Shown: positions 1-12,059, counted from the first letter of the whole stretch. The stretch: 63,188 nucleotides of DNA, filler included, from Octopus bimaculoides (GCF_001194135.2; 5 parts of 5 records of this genome joined end to end with filler, not necessarily neighbours in it), one strand, 5' to 3'. Notes: generated from the sequence alone by a model not told the origin. Numbers and translations are program-made.

Positions 1-375
1 GTAAGTAGCTTGCTTACCAACCATATGGTTCTGGGTTCAGTCCCACTGCGTGGCACATTGGGCAAGTGTCTTCTACTATAGCCTCGGGCCGACCAAAGCC
101 TTGTGAGTGGATTTGGTAGACGGAAACTGAAAGAAGCTCGTCGTATATATGTATATATATCTATATATATATATGTATGTGTGTTTGTCCCCCCACCATC
201 GCTTGACAACCGATGATGGTGTGTTTACGTCCCCGTTACTTAGCGGTTTGGCAAAAAGAGACCGATAGAATAAGTACTAGGCTTACAAAAAATAAGTCCT
301 GGGGTCGATTTCCTCGACTAAAGGCGGTGCTCCAGCACAGCCGCAGTCAAATGACTGAAACAAGTAAAAGAGTAA
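1..375 (+). mobile_element. Abundant octopus-type tRNA-related SINE, bipartite around a TA microsatellite
   Basis: ggttcagtcccactgcgtggcac..gggcaagtgtcttctactatagcctcgg..ggatttggtagacggaaactgaaagaagc; further copies at ~13231-13351 (+), 23226-23560 (-), 38310-38640 (+), 39415-39620 (-), 41463-41600 (-), 53225-53775 (-), 57358-57445 (-). Confidence 0.85.
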
Positions 376-530
376 CAGAGTGTGTGTGTGTATTTTTAAG
401 TTTATCAAGATTGTGTTTATCTGCATCACTGTCTACCCATCTATATATTGCATACCATACTGATTGTAATGTCCACTCAAACATATATGAGGAAAAAAAA
501 AATGATTAGCAAGAAGGTTTATCATATTAC

Positions 531-651
531 CTTGTTCTGTAAGGTCCGTGCCACATGGAGGATAAGAGAGGCAGACATGCCATGGCCCTCAGTCAGACGA
601 ACAGTATCCAAACCTCTCATCAGGATCAGACGTAGCTTGGTGAAGTTATCA
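531..651 (-). CDS. RANBP2: RanBP2/Nup358 exon (last in window; gene continues beyond position 1): L-DNFTKLRLILMRGLDTVRLTEGHGMSASLILHVARTLQNK
   Basis: ttgctag|TGAT acceptor, AAG|gtaata donor; 121 bp, phase 2 to 0; resembles the recalled human RanBP2 segment KLRLL..INTLRAQEKHGLQPALLVHWAECLQK. Confidence 0.93.
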
Positions 652-1289
652 CTAGCAACAAAAAGGAAAACAAATTAGACTATATAACAGTGAGAGAGGG
701 TGAGAGAGCAGTTAGAGAGTGTGGGTGATATATATATATATATATATATATATAATAATATAGATTTAATCAAAAGATTAAATGTGGTACTTAAAATGTT
801 TGAGGCACCAGAATTTGGTAGGGTAAAAACCAAAAACAAAATCAAAAGATTTGGTGAATAAAATTTGAAGAAAAGCAACAAAAATTCAATAGGTACGTTT
901 CATACAAGCTCCATTTATTCATGTAGTGGGAACACCACATAGAATGTACAATGAAAATGAACTCCTCAGCTGCATCATGGGATTTCATTTTAGAAAGTCA
1001 TTTTGAAGACATGTGCAAAAAACACGAGTAAGAGAAGAAAACATACCATCTCGACTATGCTGCTGTTCAACAGACTATATATATTTCATCAAACTACTTG
1101 CATAAATATATATCCTATTGATTAGAAAGTAGTCTGACAAATCTCTCTTACTTCAGATGAAGACAAATTCTACAATCAAAGACATTTAAGATAGTAGAAT
1201 CATTGGGTATGCACGTCGCCGTGGATTTTAGATTATTTTAGATGTCCTTGATTGTAGAGTTCATGTATTCATCTGAAGATAATAGCTTT

Positions 1290-1690
1290 GGCTTCCGTGC
1301 TAGTGGCCCGTAAATAGCACCATTTGAGTGTAATCGTTACCAGCGTCGCCTTTTAGCACTTGCGCTGGCGACACGTTAGAAAATCATTCGAGGGAGGTCA
1401 TTACCAGTGCCTCTGGACTGGCTCCCGTGCAGGTGGCACGTAAAAAACACCTTTTTGAGCATGGCCGTTGCCAGTACCACGTGACTGGCCCTCGCGCCGG
1501 TGGCACGTAAAAGCACCCACTACACTCTCGGAGTGATTGGCATTAGGAAGGTTATCCAGCTGTAGAAACTCTGCCAGATCAGATTGGAGCCTGGTGCAGC
1601 CTTCCGGCTTGCCAGTCCTCAGTCAAATCGTCCAACCCATGCTAGCATGGAAAGCGGACATTAAACGATGATGATGATGATGATGATGAT
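1290..1690 (+). mobile_element. Dispersed repeat ending in (GAT)n, RTE-LINE-tail-like
   Basis: ggcacgtaaaagcacc..ggaagggcatccagctgtagaaac..aaacgatgatgat; copies at ~17694-17985 (-), 58100-58382 (+), decayed at 8700-8860 and 9640-9800. Confidence 0.75.
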
Positions 1691-1781
1691 TATGTACTAA
1701 TGTTAGAAATGGCTGTAATGATTTGACACCTGACCATCAATTGTTACTTTTTATATATATACACACACACACACATACACA

Positions 1782-2321
1782 CAGGGTCTCCATAAAGTCA
1801 TGGTGCAATTTAAAATGTTTGTATCTTCGTAACTATACATGATAGAATTAATCTGTAAAATGGATAATAAAAAAGAATGATCTAAATTTTTTTTAGTCAC
1901 CTTGTTAATTTTCAACATGTCCACCATCGTTACTAATACAAAGAGAAATACGATTCTGGAGTTCTTGGAAAAGGAAAACATTTTCCGGTTGATCTTCAGC
2001 AACGCCTTCAATCACATCAGTTATCCTTGCTTTCAAGTCTCCCAAAGATTGATGCTTAGTTGAATAATTAATACTTTCCACAAGCATCCATAAAAAGAAA
2101 TCCAATGGAGTCAAATCTGGTGAATGTGGAGGCCAAAATAATGGACCACCTCTTCCTATCCATGTTTGGGAAACTCGCATTTAGAAACAGCTTAACTTGC
2201 AGAGCAAAGTGCCAAGGCGTACCATCTTGTTGAAAAACTGTATTCTCTATCAGTTCTAATTGTTTGAGCTTGGGAATGAAGTAATTTTGTAGCATTGCAC
2301 CATGATTTTATAGACACCCTG
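1782..2321 (-). mobile_element. Internally deleted Tc1/mariner element (540 bp) with both TIRs
   Basis: ~28-bp imperfect TIRs cagggtctccataaagtcatggtgcaat / attgcaccatgattttatagacaccctg, TA on the right; frameshifted transposase remnant VFQQDGTPWH...WIGRGG..WPPHSPDLTPLDFFLW. Confidence 0.9.
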
Positions 2322-2407
2322 TATACGCGGTGTAGAGTCCAGAAGCACAAAAATTCACAAAACAAACGAGCACCCATGTAGGGTTATTTTCTTTCTTTTA
2401 TACTCAC

Positions 2408-2574
2408 AGTTCAAGCTTCTCTCTAAATTTACACGCCAGCTGCCACCATTCAGCTTGCTCTGGGGTACAGAACTGCCGACATAAAACCTTTGGTAACAGC
2501 TGAGGTCGGGATGGTTCCTGTCGCACCTGCTGCAGTAGCCGACCAGCAGAATATACAACAGCTATGAGGAACAC
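2408..2574 (-). CDS. RANBP2: RanBP2/Nup358 exon: VFLIAVVYSAGRLLQQVRQEPSRPQLLPKVLCRQFCTPEQAEWWQLACKFREKLE
   Basis: caattag|GTG acceptor, CT|gtgagt donor; 167 bp, phase 0 to 2; matches VFLLGVVYTS...CKQLCTERQKSWW of human RanBP2 (recalled). Confidence 0.93.
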
Positions 2575-2613
2575 CTAATTGAAAACAAAATATACTGTAG
2601 ACAAAACAGCAGA

Positions 2614-2654
<41 letters not shown>

Positions 2655-2807
2655 GCAGCTACAAAGAACACCTAAATGAAAACTGTACCTATGAGGAACA
2701 TCTAAATCAGTGGTTCTCAAGTATTTTTGGCAAATGGACCCCTGATGTAGGGACACAGAAGAACTTGTCCAAAGACATATGCAGACACACCGCTGAAAAA
2801 TTCTTAC

Positions 2808-2905
2808 CTCAGTATCAAGCTGACAAAGTGATTCGACACCCAGGTTTAATCCACTGGACAAGGAGCTACTGGAGTAGGGTAGATTGTCAAACAGGGAAAA
2901 GTTAT
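2808..2905 (-). CDS. RANBP2: RanBP2/Nup358 exon: YNFSLFDNLPYSSSSLSSGLNLGVESLCQLDTE
   Basis: tatttcag|AT acceptor, GAG|gtaaga donor; 98 bp, phase 1 to 0; matches LFHHLP...ESICILDLE. Confidence 0.92.
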
Positions 2906-3779
2906 CTGAAATAATATACAACATATTAACATCATTGTGGTTCCATAAGTGTGGTGATAAAAACTGTGACTTTATCCGTGCCCCCCCCCCCACTTCATAT
3001 GGGAAAAATATGTAGTTTCTTCTTAAGACTTGACTAGTTTTTTTATTAAGTTTTTTTTAATAAAAATTAGTGATAAAAGAAAATATAAAATTTAAATCAT
3101 CTCTTTCTTCATTGGAGTGTAGCCATGCTGGGGCACCGCCTTGAAAGGTTAGGCTGAACTAATCAACCCCAGTGCTTTTTTTTTTCTTTTTCAAGCCAGA
3201 TGCTTAATGTACAAGTATCTCCAGCTGAACTGCTAAGTCACAGGGATGTAAACAANNNNNNNNNNNNNNNNNNNNNNNNNNNNNNNNNNNNNNNNNNNNN
3301 NNNNNNNNNNNNNNNNNNNNNNNNNNNNNNNNNNNNNNNNNNNNNNNNNNNNNNNNNNNNNNNNNNNNNNNNNNNNNNNNNNNNNNNNNNNNNNNNNNNN
3401 NNNNNNNNNNNNNNNNNNNNNNNNNNNNNNNNNNNNNNNNNNNNNNNNNNNNNNNNNNNNNNNNNNNNNNNNNNNNNNNNNNNNNNNNNNNNNNNNNNNN
3501 NNNNNNNNNNNNNNNNNNNNNNNNNNNNNNNNNNNNNNNNNNNNNNNNNNNNNNNNNNNNNNNNNNNNNNNNNNNNNNNNNNNNNNNNNNNNNNNNNNNN
3601 NNNNNNNNNNNNNNNNNNNNNNNNNNNNNNNNNNNNNNNNNNNNNNNNNNNNNNNNNNNNNNNNNNNNNAAGGAGGAGAGAGAGGGAGGGAGAAAAAGGA
3701 GAAAGGAGAGATGGTAATTCATCATCATCATCATCAACCACATTCGTATGCAGATTGAAGGAAGATGGATGCTACTTAC

Positions 3780-3872
3780 AGTTAGGCTGAGCTTCATCCT
3801 TGGTTGCATTGTAATAATGGAGACACAACCAGATGATGCTATTGAGATCAGTTGAGTTAAGAAGGACCGAGA
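3780..3872 (-). CDS. RANBP2: RanBP2/Nup358 exon: VSVLLNSTDLNSIIWLCLHYYNATKDEAQPN
   Basis: atttcag|TC acceptor, T|gtaagt donor; 93 bp, phase 1 to 1; matches SLQHLTWLGLQW. Confidence 0.9.
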
Positions 3873-4269
3873 CTGAAATATTAAAAGAACGAAAATAAGA
3901 CACACTGGTGAATGGCAAACAACAAGAACAAAATATTCAGCAATAAGGCCCAGTCTGCAGCAATTTGTTGGGCTAATTAGGAGCAGGCTTGGCCGTGTGG
4001 TAAGAAGTTTGCTTCACAATCATAGGTTTTGAGTTCAGTCTCATTGTGTAGCACTTGGGGTTCAGTCCATATGCATGCGCGTTTGTATGTGTGTGCATGT
4101 GTTTGTATGTTACAGTGTGTGGCTTAATGGTTAGGGTGTTGGACTCACGATCCTAAGATTGTGGTTTCAATCCCTGGACCGGGCAATTCATTGTGTTCTT
4201 GAGCAAAACACTTCATTTCACATTGCTCCAGTCTACTCCAACTGTAGAAATGGGTTTAGTCTGGAGAGG

Positions 4270-4664
4270 TGGAGGCGCAATGGCCCAGTGGTTAGGGCAG
4301 CGGGCTCGCGGTCATAGGATCGTGGTTTCGATTCCCAGACCGGGCGTTGTGAGTGTTTATTGAGCGAAAACACCTAAAGCTCCACGAGGCTCCGGCAGGG
4401 GATGGTGGCAAACCCTGCTGTACTCTTCCACCACAACTTTCTCTCACTCTTACTTTCTGTTTCTGTTTTGCCTGTAATTCAAAGGGTCAGCCTTGTCACA
4501 CACTGTGTCTCACGCTGAATATCCCCAAGAACTACATTAAGGGTACACGTGTCTGTGGAGCGCTCAGCCACTTGCACGTTAATTTCACTAGCAGGCTGTT
4601 CCGTTGATCGGATCAACTGGAACCCTCGACGTCGTAAGCAACGGAGTGCCAACAAACACAACAC
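4270..4664 (+). mobile_element. tRNA-derived SINE (~395 bp), full length with 12-bp TSD, following another SINE
   Basis: Head GGCCCAGTGGTTAGGGCAGCGG..GGTTTCGATTCCC; TSD agtctggagagg at 4258-4269 and 4665-4676. Confidence 0.85.
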
Positions 4665-5101
4665 AGTCTGGAGAGGGATGGGCTCCATCAGGCTTTCTTG
4701 CCATAGATATGTAGCATGCAGCATCCTAATGACCCCCCCCCCAAGGGGTTAAGGGATATGTCTTGTGTTCGTGCATGTCTGAGTTTGTACACATGTATTT
4801 GTGCATGTGTAGCTGAGGTTTGTCATCGCTTGGTAATTGCAAACAAGTCACTCGCATCATACAAGCAGCATCCTTTGTTTCCAACATTCCACAAAAACGT
4901 GCCTGATTGTGGGGAAATATTACTTTACTTGGAAACAGGTGAAGGGTTGGTGACAGGAAGAGTACCTGGCTGTAGAAAACCTACCTCAAATTCTATCAGA
5001 CATATGCAAGTATGGAGAATGAGACATCATGGTGACACACTGACACACGGAGACAGAAAGTGGAAATATGAAGAGATGTTCAATGCAGCATTCAAACTCA
5101 C

Positions 5102-5326
5102 CTTGATCGTACTCTGCAAGATCTGACTTTGTAGGAATAGTTGAAGTGACATTGTTGAAAGCGTTTTCGGACAGCAGGAAGGACTTGCCTCTTCCCCTGC
5201 GCATGTCACGGAATGTGAACACCAAGTCATACAACTGCTCCTTGCATTGGGGCGTGCAGCAGCGCACTGTGAGGTCGTAGATCCAGTTGGAAGAATGCTT
5301 CTTAACAACATCACACAGTACATGGC
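5102..5326 (-). CDS. RANBP2: RanBP2/Nup358 exon: GHVLCDVVKKHSSNWIYDLTVRCCTPQCKEQLYDLVFTFRDMRRGRGKSFLLSENAFNNVTSTIPTKSDLAEYDQ
   Basis: ttttcag|GC acceptor, G|gtgagt donor; 225 bp, phase 1 to 1; matches GHMLL...LYDALF...SFLG...DLTRYD. Confidence 0.93.
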
Positions 5327-6070
5327 CTGAAAAGAAAGTGAAAGAGAAAGCTGTAGTAATTCTGGTTATCAAAGTGATTGTTGAATATAGAAGACTGGAA
5401 AGGATTGGTCGTAAACAGGCTTTACTTTTCGAAGAACGAGAGTATGGTATCTGTTGTTGGTTGTTTCAGTCGTGAACTTTTTTGATCAGGAGTCAGTCAT
5501 GTTTAAATATCATTCCCCTGGTGTCAAGCATGTTGGAAGACCACTGAGATTGGGGCACCCTTTAGCTTTGGTTTAAGCATGTCTAAAATCTGCACCAAAC
5601 CCAAGCTATGCCTGTTCCGATAATTGGTGGTGACTTAGTCAGTGGCTCAGCAACTGATAGCAAGGTGAACTGTTAAAGATCCCACAATCCCAAAGTGTGT
5701 ATGCATACAACTAGGGACCACATGTGAACTTGTATTCATACTGAAACTCCAAACATACTCGTGGGTTGGAGTCAGCTAAAGCACAAACTGAGACTTCACA
5801 AGGTTGACCTTCAGAGTCTTAACCTTTCAGGTTGCAAAACCTCCACCAGTCAGTCACAAGACCCTACACACCCAATACCAAACCCATGAAAACTTATCAA
5901 AGGAGCCTCTATGTGATTGCTTGATCTGCTAATAAAAGCACCCAGATCTCCATAAAATCATAATTCACTATATTTGAAGATGATACACTGAATCAGTAAT
6001 TCTCAACCTTTTTAGCATCAGGGCCACATCCAAAACCTGGATTTTTTTTTAGGGGACTGCACCAAGTCAG

Positions 6071-6277
6071 TTAACCTTTTAGGGTTTAAACCAGCCATAT
6101 CCAGCTCAATTATTCCAACTGTTTTATGTTGAAACTGGTATGATTCAGCCCTTTACACTTACATAAGTAAACGAACACACCACTGAAAATTTCAAAAGAT
6201 AATGCATGATTAATTCAAAGCAATATGAAGAAATAGGTATTACATTCAACAGAGTAATCTGAATGTTAAAGGGTTAA
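6071..6277. mobile_element. piggyBac-like MITE (TTAA ends)
   Basis: ttaa-ccttttagggttt ... aatgttaaaggg-ttaa; related partial copies at ~8505-8700 and 9440-9600. Confidence 0.5.
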
Positions 6278-6627
6278 AGAAAAATCCATATTTAAAGATG
6301 GAAGACCGCCAGGACCCACTTGAAGGATACTTAATGGCTGCAGGAGAGCCCCATCCACCCCGCCACAATTAAGAACCACTGCTCTGGACCTTGTGAACTT
6401 TGGGTTCCAAGCACATGGGGAAAACATGATGATAGTCACAGCTGGAATGCATCTGATGACAGGCCAGCTCAATCGGGGCTGACCCAGTACTAAATTAATC
6501 GACTACAAGTGGCAAGATCAATACAGGAACTACAAGACTCCCAATAACAAAACCACCGACACCACCACCATCACCAACCATGCAAACAACAATACCAACT
6601 CTATTACAGAATGAAATGTTAACTCAC

Positions 6628-6799
6628 CAACTTGTGATAACCGGTAACAGCCCATCTTATGCAGGTACTTCACAAACAGCCTGTTTGTCAAGTCCCCCTG
6701 CAGGTACAAGTCAGAGTGTTTATCGATAGGACGGTAGCTTACGCTGGCCAGGTAACACAGAGTTGCAGCACCTTCAATTTCTTTCCAAGTTGATTGACC
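6628..6799 (-). CDS. RANBP2: RanBP2/Nup358 exon: GQSTWKEIEGAATLCYLASVSYRPIDKHSDLYLQGDLTNRLFVKYLHKMGCYRLSQV
   Basis: tactcag|GGT acceptor, G|gtgagt donor; 172 bp, phase 0 to 1; matches W..LSELAALCYL...ACDRLSQSGH. Confidence 0.93.
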
Positions 6800-8300
6800 C
6801 TGAGTAAACAAAGAAATAGATATGTGAATAAATATTTATATTATCTATATTTTTTTTTTAATTAACCGAAACAAAGGCAATGCAATTCACTAGAAATATA
6901 GTAACAAAAAGAATAAATCCTAATTGATATTTATAGAAGTTGTGTTTATATTAAAATCATAGACGTGTATGTGACTGGCATCTAACACAAAGTTGTGGAA
7001 GCCACTTGCATTTTGGGCAAAATTTTGTTTTACACAAGGCATATAATCCCTCATAACTTCATTTTTTGGAACTTTCAGAAAAATTTTGTGAATTTGTGTT
7101 CTACACACAGAGAACCATATGACTATGTAAAACAAATTTTAAAAAAATTTAATTTCTTGAATTTTTTTTAAAAATCAGTTTAAAACACAAACAGTCCGAA
7201 TTTTTAGCTTAAATCCCAGTAATAGACCATTAAACATGTTTATGGAGATAAAGATATTGAAAAACAACAATATGTCAGAGTGACAAACAAATGAAGACAG
7301 TATAAGGTGGTTGTGAGAGATACTAAAAACAACAGTTAAATTACTCTAAACCACATTCCTCAAATTTTAATTGTTTTGCATAGTTGTATGATTTCTTGTG
7401 TAGAACACAAATTTACAAGAATTCTCTGAAAATTTCAAAAAATAAAAATATGTTATGAGGAGTTACATTCAGTGCATAAAGTAGAATTCTGCTGCATTTT
7501 GTATAAACACAAAACCACCAGAAGTCCAATTTGTGTTGTGAAGTGACAGCTTGCATGCTTCAATGATCCAGAGAGCTATGCCAGCAGAGTGCAAGCTCTT
7601 AATAGGGTCACTTATGAGGGACTAGTCAAAGGATAGAGGCCAGACTAATATGGACCGGGTCTACACAGGTGTAAAAATGGGTTTGTGTAAGGATAATACT
7701 CTTGCCTTGAAAAAACAAAGTCACTGAAAAATTGATAACTGAAAAGCTGTAAGATCAGAGAGAAAGGTCTTCCCTCAGGGAAACATATGAAGTAGTGCAG
7801 CAAAATCCGAAAGAAAGCTCCAAGGAAAAAAGCAGGGATCCAACTGGAAAGAAGCAGAAATGATTGCCCAGCCTCAGGGACAGTAGAGATAAGCTATTGA
7901 TAGCATATGTTCTATTGCAGTGCTTCTCAAGCAGGCCCTCTGAGGGGTTCATATAAGGTTTTGTTAAAATTTATGTGCAAGAAACTGGTTATACATCTCC
8001 AATACACAAAATATTTTCAATGTTTTTTTTTTATAGTTTCTAATATTTAATTATAAAAAAATATTATACGCGTTTTTAGACATCAAATGGCTATGAGGGT
8101 TCAACCAAGTAAAACAGGAACCAAAGGGGGTCCATAGGGAGGGGAAATGGTTGAGGACCACTGCTCTATAGGGAACAGAGAGCTTAAGTAATAAACACTG
8201 ACCGACACACACACAGAGGAATTCCTACACAACCTGTCAGTCACCCAGAGAGATGGACACTAAGAAACGAGTGTATGTTACAAGCAAGCACATCGATTAC

Positions 8301-8430
8301 CTTAAGGGATCTCTTAAATAACAAACAGCCACAGAAAAAGAAGAAATATCCTTGCATTTCTGACAAAAATGCTGTCCATTGTGGTTGGTGGAATTGTAAA
8401 CTGGCAACATTCAACAGCAGTTGGTCAAAC
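8301..8430 (-). CDS. RANBP2: RanBP2/Nup358 exon: AFDQLLLNVASLQFHQPQWTAFLSEMQGYFFFFCGCLLFKRSLK
   Basis: tatttcag|G acceptor, AAG|gtaatc donor; 130 bp, phase 2 to 0; matches FDSALQ...FLEMKGHFYMHAGSLLLK. Confidence 0.92.
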
Positions 8431-10019
8431 CTGAAATAAAAACAAAAAACTATTACTTAACAATCCAGTTTTGCCATCCACCCCCGAGAAGTCTACAGTT
8501 ATTTATCAACCCTTTAGCATTTAAACTGGCCAGATCTGGCCCAAATGTTCTCCCTCTTTTATGCTCAAACCAGCCAGATCTGACCTCTTACACCTACCCA
8601 ACAAAGTCATTATAAAACAGTCCAGTCATCAAAATTTTAAAGCTGTGAGATAATGCATGACAAATTCAAAACAATGTGAATAAATAAGCATTACATCATT
8701 TAACGTCCGTTTTCCATGCTGGCATGGGTTGGATGGTTTGTCTGAAAACTGGTAAGCTGCATCAGGTTTCAATCTGATTTGGCATGGACTATACAGCTGG
8801 ATGCTCTTCCCAACACCAACCACTCCAAGAGTGTAGTGGGTGCTTCTTATGAACTACCAGCACATAATACTACATAAATGCGAAAGGGTTACTCTTTTAC
8901 TTGTTTCAGTCATTTGACGGCGGCCATGCTGGAGCACCGCCTTTAAAATATTTATTTTGCATAAACACAATCAACCACCAAAAGGTCCAGAAAAGGGTTG
9001 ATTATTTTAGAAATTTCAGCCTCCAGATTCGTGATCATCACCATTTAACGTCCACTTTCTCATGCTTGCATGGTCACACAGAATTTGTCGAAGTACATTG
9101 GAGACAACATGCTTCAGGAACAACTTCTGGATTGTTAAGAAGCTTGCTCCTGAGCTCTAGGACAACCAAAATACTCATGAGTGGATTTAGTAGATAGAAA
9201 TTGCGCACGAGCATGTGCATGTTTGCACCCTTGTCGTGACGTTACGTGATGGTTGCCAATGAGAACCACTGTCATTCAAGGTATGCTGATTGTTTCCAGT
9301 CTTGCATGAAAAAAATATTACCTTGCTTGGAAACAGGTATGGGTTGGTAACAGGAAGAGCATCCAACCATATAAAAATCTCCCCCCCCCCCCCCGCCAAA
9401 ATTCCATGTGACCCATACAAGCATGGAAATGTAGACATTTACCCTTTAGCATTTAAACTAGTTATATCCAGCCCAGATATTCTGTTCTACGCTCAAACCA
9501 GCCAGATCCAGCCTATCACACATACCCTTCAATGGCATTTTAAAAAATATACAATCACATCAGCAAAATTTTGAAGCTTTGAGATAATGCATGATTAATT
9601 AGAAACAATCTAACCTCACCTGCATGAGTAAAAAGCACTCATGCCCACTCTGTGGGGTGGTTGGTGTTAGGAAGGGCATCCAGCTGTAAAAACCACGCCA
9701 AAACAAACACAGAAGCAGGGCACAGACTCCTGCCAAACTGTCCGACCCATGCCAGCACGGAAGGAGGATGTCAAACGATGAGGATGATGAATGAAAAAGC
9801 ATTATATTTGATGGAGTAATCATCATCATCGTTTCACGTCCATTGTAATCTGAATGCGGAAAGAGTTAAATAATGATGAAGTATAAAGGATTCCTTAAAA
9901 CTCCTTTGGGAACAGCTGTTGTAAGCTACTGAAAGCCAATGTTTTGGCAATTTTTGATAGTTCTCACCATTTTTCTGAATCCTAGGAAGAGGAATAGAAA
10001 GGAGAGAAAGTGTACTTAC

Positions 10020-10153
10020 GCATGTAGAGCCTCTGTGATATCCGAAACATCTTTTGCTGGCAACCACAGCAGCAGCTGTTTGCAGTGGGCAAATACCTTA
10101 TGTGTGTAGACATTGATGTCAGTTGGGTGGTGTTCCATGTGGCTGCAGACATA
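10020..10153 (-). CDS. RANBP2: RanBP2/Nup358 exon, 5' end lost in N gap: ..YVCSHMEHHPTDINVYTHKVFAHCKQLLLWLPAKDVSDITEALHA
   Basis: GC|gtaagt donor at 10018-10019; frame open to gap edge, in phase 0 with the upstream exon; matches LAYANLMLLTLSTRDVQESRELL. Confidence 0.88.
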
Positions 10154-10552
10154 NNNNNNNNNNNNNNNNNNNNNNNNNNNNNNNNNNNNNNNNNNNNNNN
10201 NNNNNNNNNNNNNNNNNNNNNNNNNNNNNNNNNNNNNNNNNNNNNNNNNNNNNNNNNNNNNNNNNNNNNNNNNNNNNNNNNNNNNNNNNNNNNNNNNNNN
10301 NNNNNNNNNNNNNNNNNNNNNNNNNNNNNNNNNNNNNNNNNNNNNNNNNNNNNNNNNNNNNNNNNNNNNNNNNNNNNNNNNNNNNNNNNNNNNNNNNNNN
10401 NNNNNNNNNNNNNNNNNNNNNNNNNNNNNNNNNNNNNNNNNNNNNNNNNNNNNNNNNNNNNNNNNNNNNNNNNNNNNNNNNNNNNNNNNNNNNNNNNNNN
10501 NNNNNNNNNNNNNNNNNNNNNNNNNNNNNNNNNNNNNNNNNNNNNNNNNNNN

Positions 10553-10761
10553 TTACAGGCACAACAGAAACAGGAAGAAAGAGTGAGAGAAAGTTGTGGT
10601 GGAAGAGTACAGCAGGGTTCGCCACCATCCCCTGCCGGAGCCTCGTGCAGCTTTAGGTGTTTTCGCTCAATAAACACTCACAACGCCCGAACTGGGAATC
10701 GAGACCGCGATCCTATGACCGCGAGTCCGCTGCCCTAACCACTGGGCCATTGCGCCTCCAC
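10553..10761 (-). mobile_element. Same SINE family as 4270-4664, cut by gap
   Basis: Reverse-complement identity to the 4270-4480 segment. Confidence 0.85.
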
Positions 10762-10822
10762 TATCCCAATAAAAAAATTAAAAAAAGACAAAAATATACA
10801 AACAAGAAAATATTTGACTTAC

Positions 10823-10984
10823 TGAGTAAAACTCAACAAGGTAGTCATACCACTCAACATTGAAGTCAAAGATGTAGAGAGAGTCCACAGATACAGCATG
10901 GGCAATTGCAGTGTCAATCCGCTTGCTGTCCACATACAACTTGAGTAGTTTAATACGGATGTGTACGTTCCCGGGTTTCTTAAC
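10823..10984 (-). CDS. RANBP2: RanBP2/Nup358 exon: VKKPGNVHIRIKLLKLYVDSKRIDTAIAHAVSVDSLYIFDFNVEWYDYLVEFYS
   Basis: gtcacag|GTT acceptor, TCA|gtaagt donor; 162 bp, phase 0 to 0; matches RPDDVHVNIRLVEVY...AVAH...SLEW. Confidence 0.93.
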
Positions 10985-11232
10985 CTGTGACAAATATTAA
11001 CAGATTAAACATTACCAAGTTCTTGGCAATACTAATGCATATGTCTCGCTCTGTCTTGTCTTTCTCACACACACATACTATAGATATGCATACATACGCA
11101 TCCATATATACACATACCTCTGCATAAGCATGTGCACACACAACGGTGCATTGCCAAAGGTCTTGGTCACCTGTCATCACCTCCATGAGACAGTGACAGG
11201 TGACTAAATGAGATTATCTGTGAAATACTTAC

Positions 11233-11301
11233 AAGTTCACTCTTGAAGAAGTTCTCCATCTCAGTTGGGTTGCCATCACTTTCAGAATCAATGAGCTTTT
11301 C
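11233..11301 (-). CDS. RANBP2: RanBP2/Nup358 exon: EKLIDSESDGNPTEMENFFKSEL
   Basis: gtttttcag|GAA acceptor, CTT|gtaagt donor; 69 bp, phase 0 to 0; matches EQLLDCEG...LIQSEL. Confidence 0.9.
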
Positions 11302-12059
11302 CTGAAAAACACAAACAAGTCAGAAAGATGCAGTATGAATGAATACCCACTGCAGAGTATGCAAAAAAAAAAAAAGTGAAATATACACAGCGAACAAATG
11401 ATTTAAACTACAGTGTGTATATCATTTATATAACCTGGATACTCAAATTATATATACATGTATACATGCTGAGACCCCCTTCGGTCATGACTGACCATGG
11501 GATTGCACCCAGAAAGTTACCCTCCCAGGCACAAGTCTGGGCAAGGTTGTTTATGGCAGACCAGCAGTTGCCCATGCATACCAGCCACCTCTCTCCATGC
11601 CACCAGTGCTTTCCAAGGGCTGATACAGCTTGGCACCAGTGACATTGCAATTCATTTCTACAGCTGAGTGAAGTGGAGCAACGTGAAATAAAGTGTCTTG
11701 CTCAGGAACACAACACACAGCCCGGTCTGGGATTCAAACTTCTAACCTCACAATCGTAAGCTTGACACTCTAACCACTGAGCCATGCATCTTCATGTATA
11801 CATATATCATCCTTTAATGTCGGTTTTTCCATGTTGGCATGGATCGGACAAAATAACAGATAATATTTGGAGAATCCAGACAAATATCACTTGATTTTTT
11901 TTTGTAGAACCAATGCCATCATGGAAAATGGACGTGATGATGGTGAGTGTGTGTGTGTATATAATTCGAGTGTCCTTGATATATATCATATATAAATGGT
12001 ATACAAAATATGCAGATTAAATCATTTGCTCCTTAGACATATTTCACCATTGTTTCATA

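Noticed and set aside
2521-2535. Apparent NAGNAG tandem acceptor (ctgcagcag) in RanBP2
   Set aside because: Homology (VFLIAVVYS) shows the exon starts at 2574, so these bases are coding.
4270-4345. tRNA-like sequences here and at 10690-10761, 20185-20255, 43875-43945, 61051-61120
   Set aside because: They are heads of multi-copy SINEs with broken acceptor stems, not tRNA genes.
11100-11195. Box C-like GTGATGA on the minus strand of a RanBP2 intron (possible snoRNA)
   Set aside because: No box D (CTGA) at a suitable distance.
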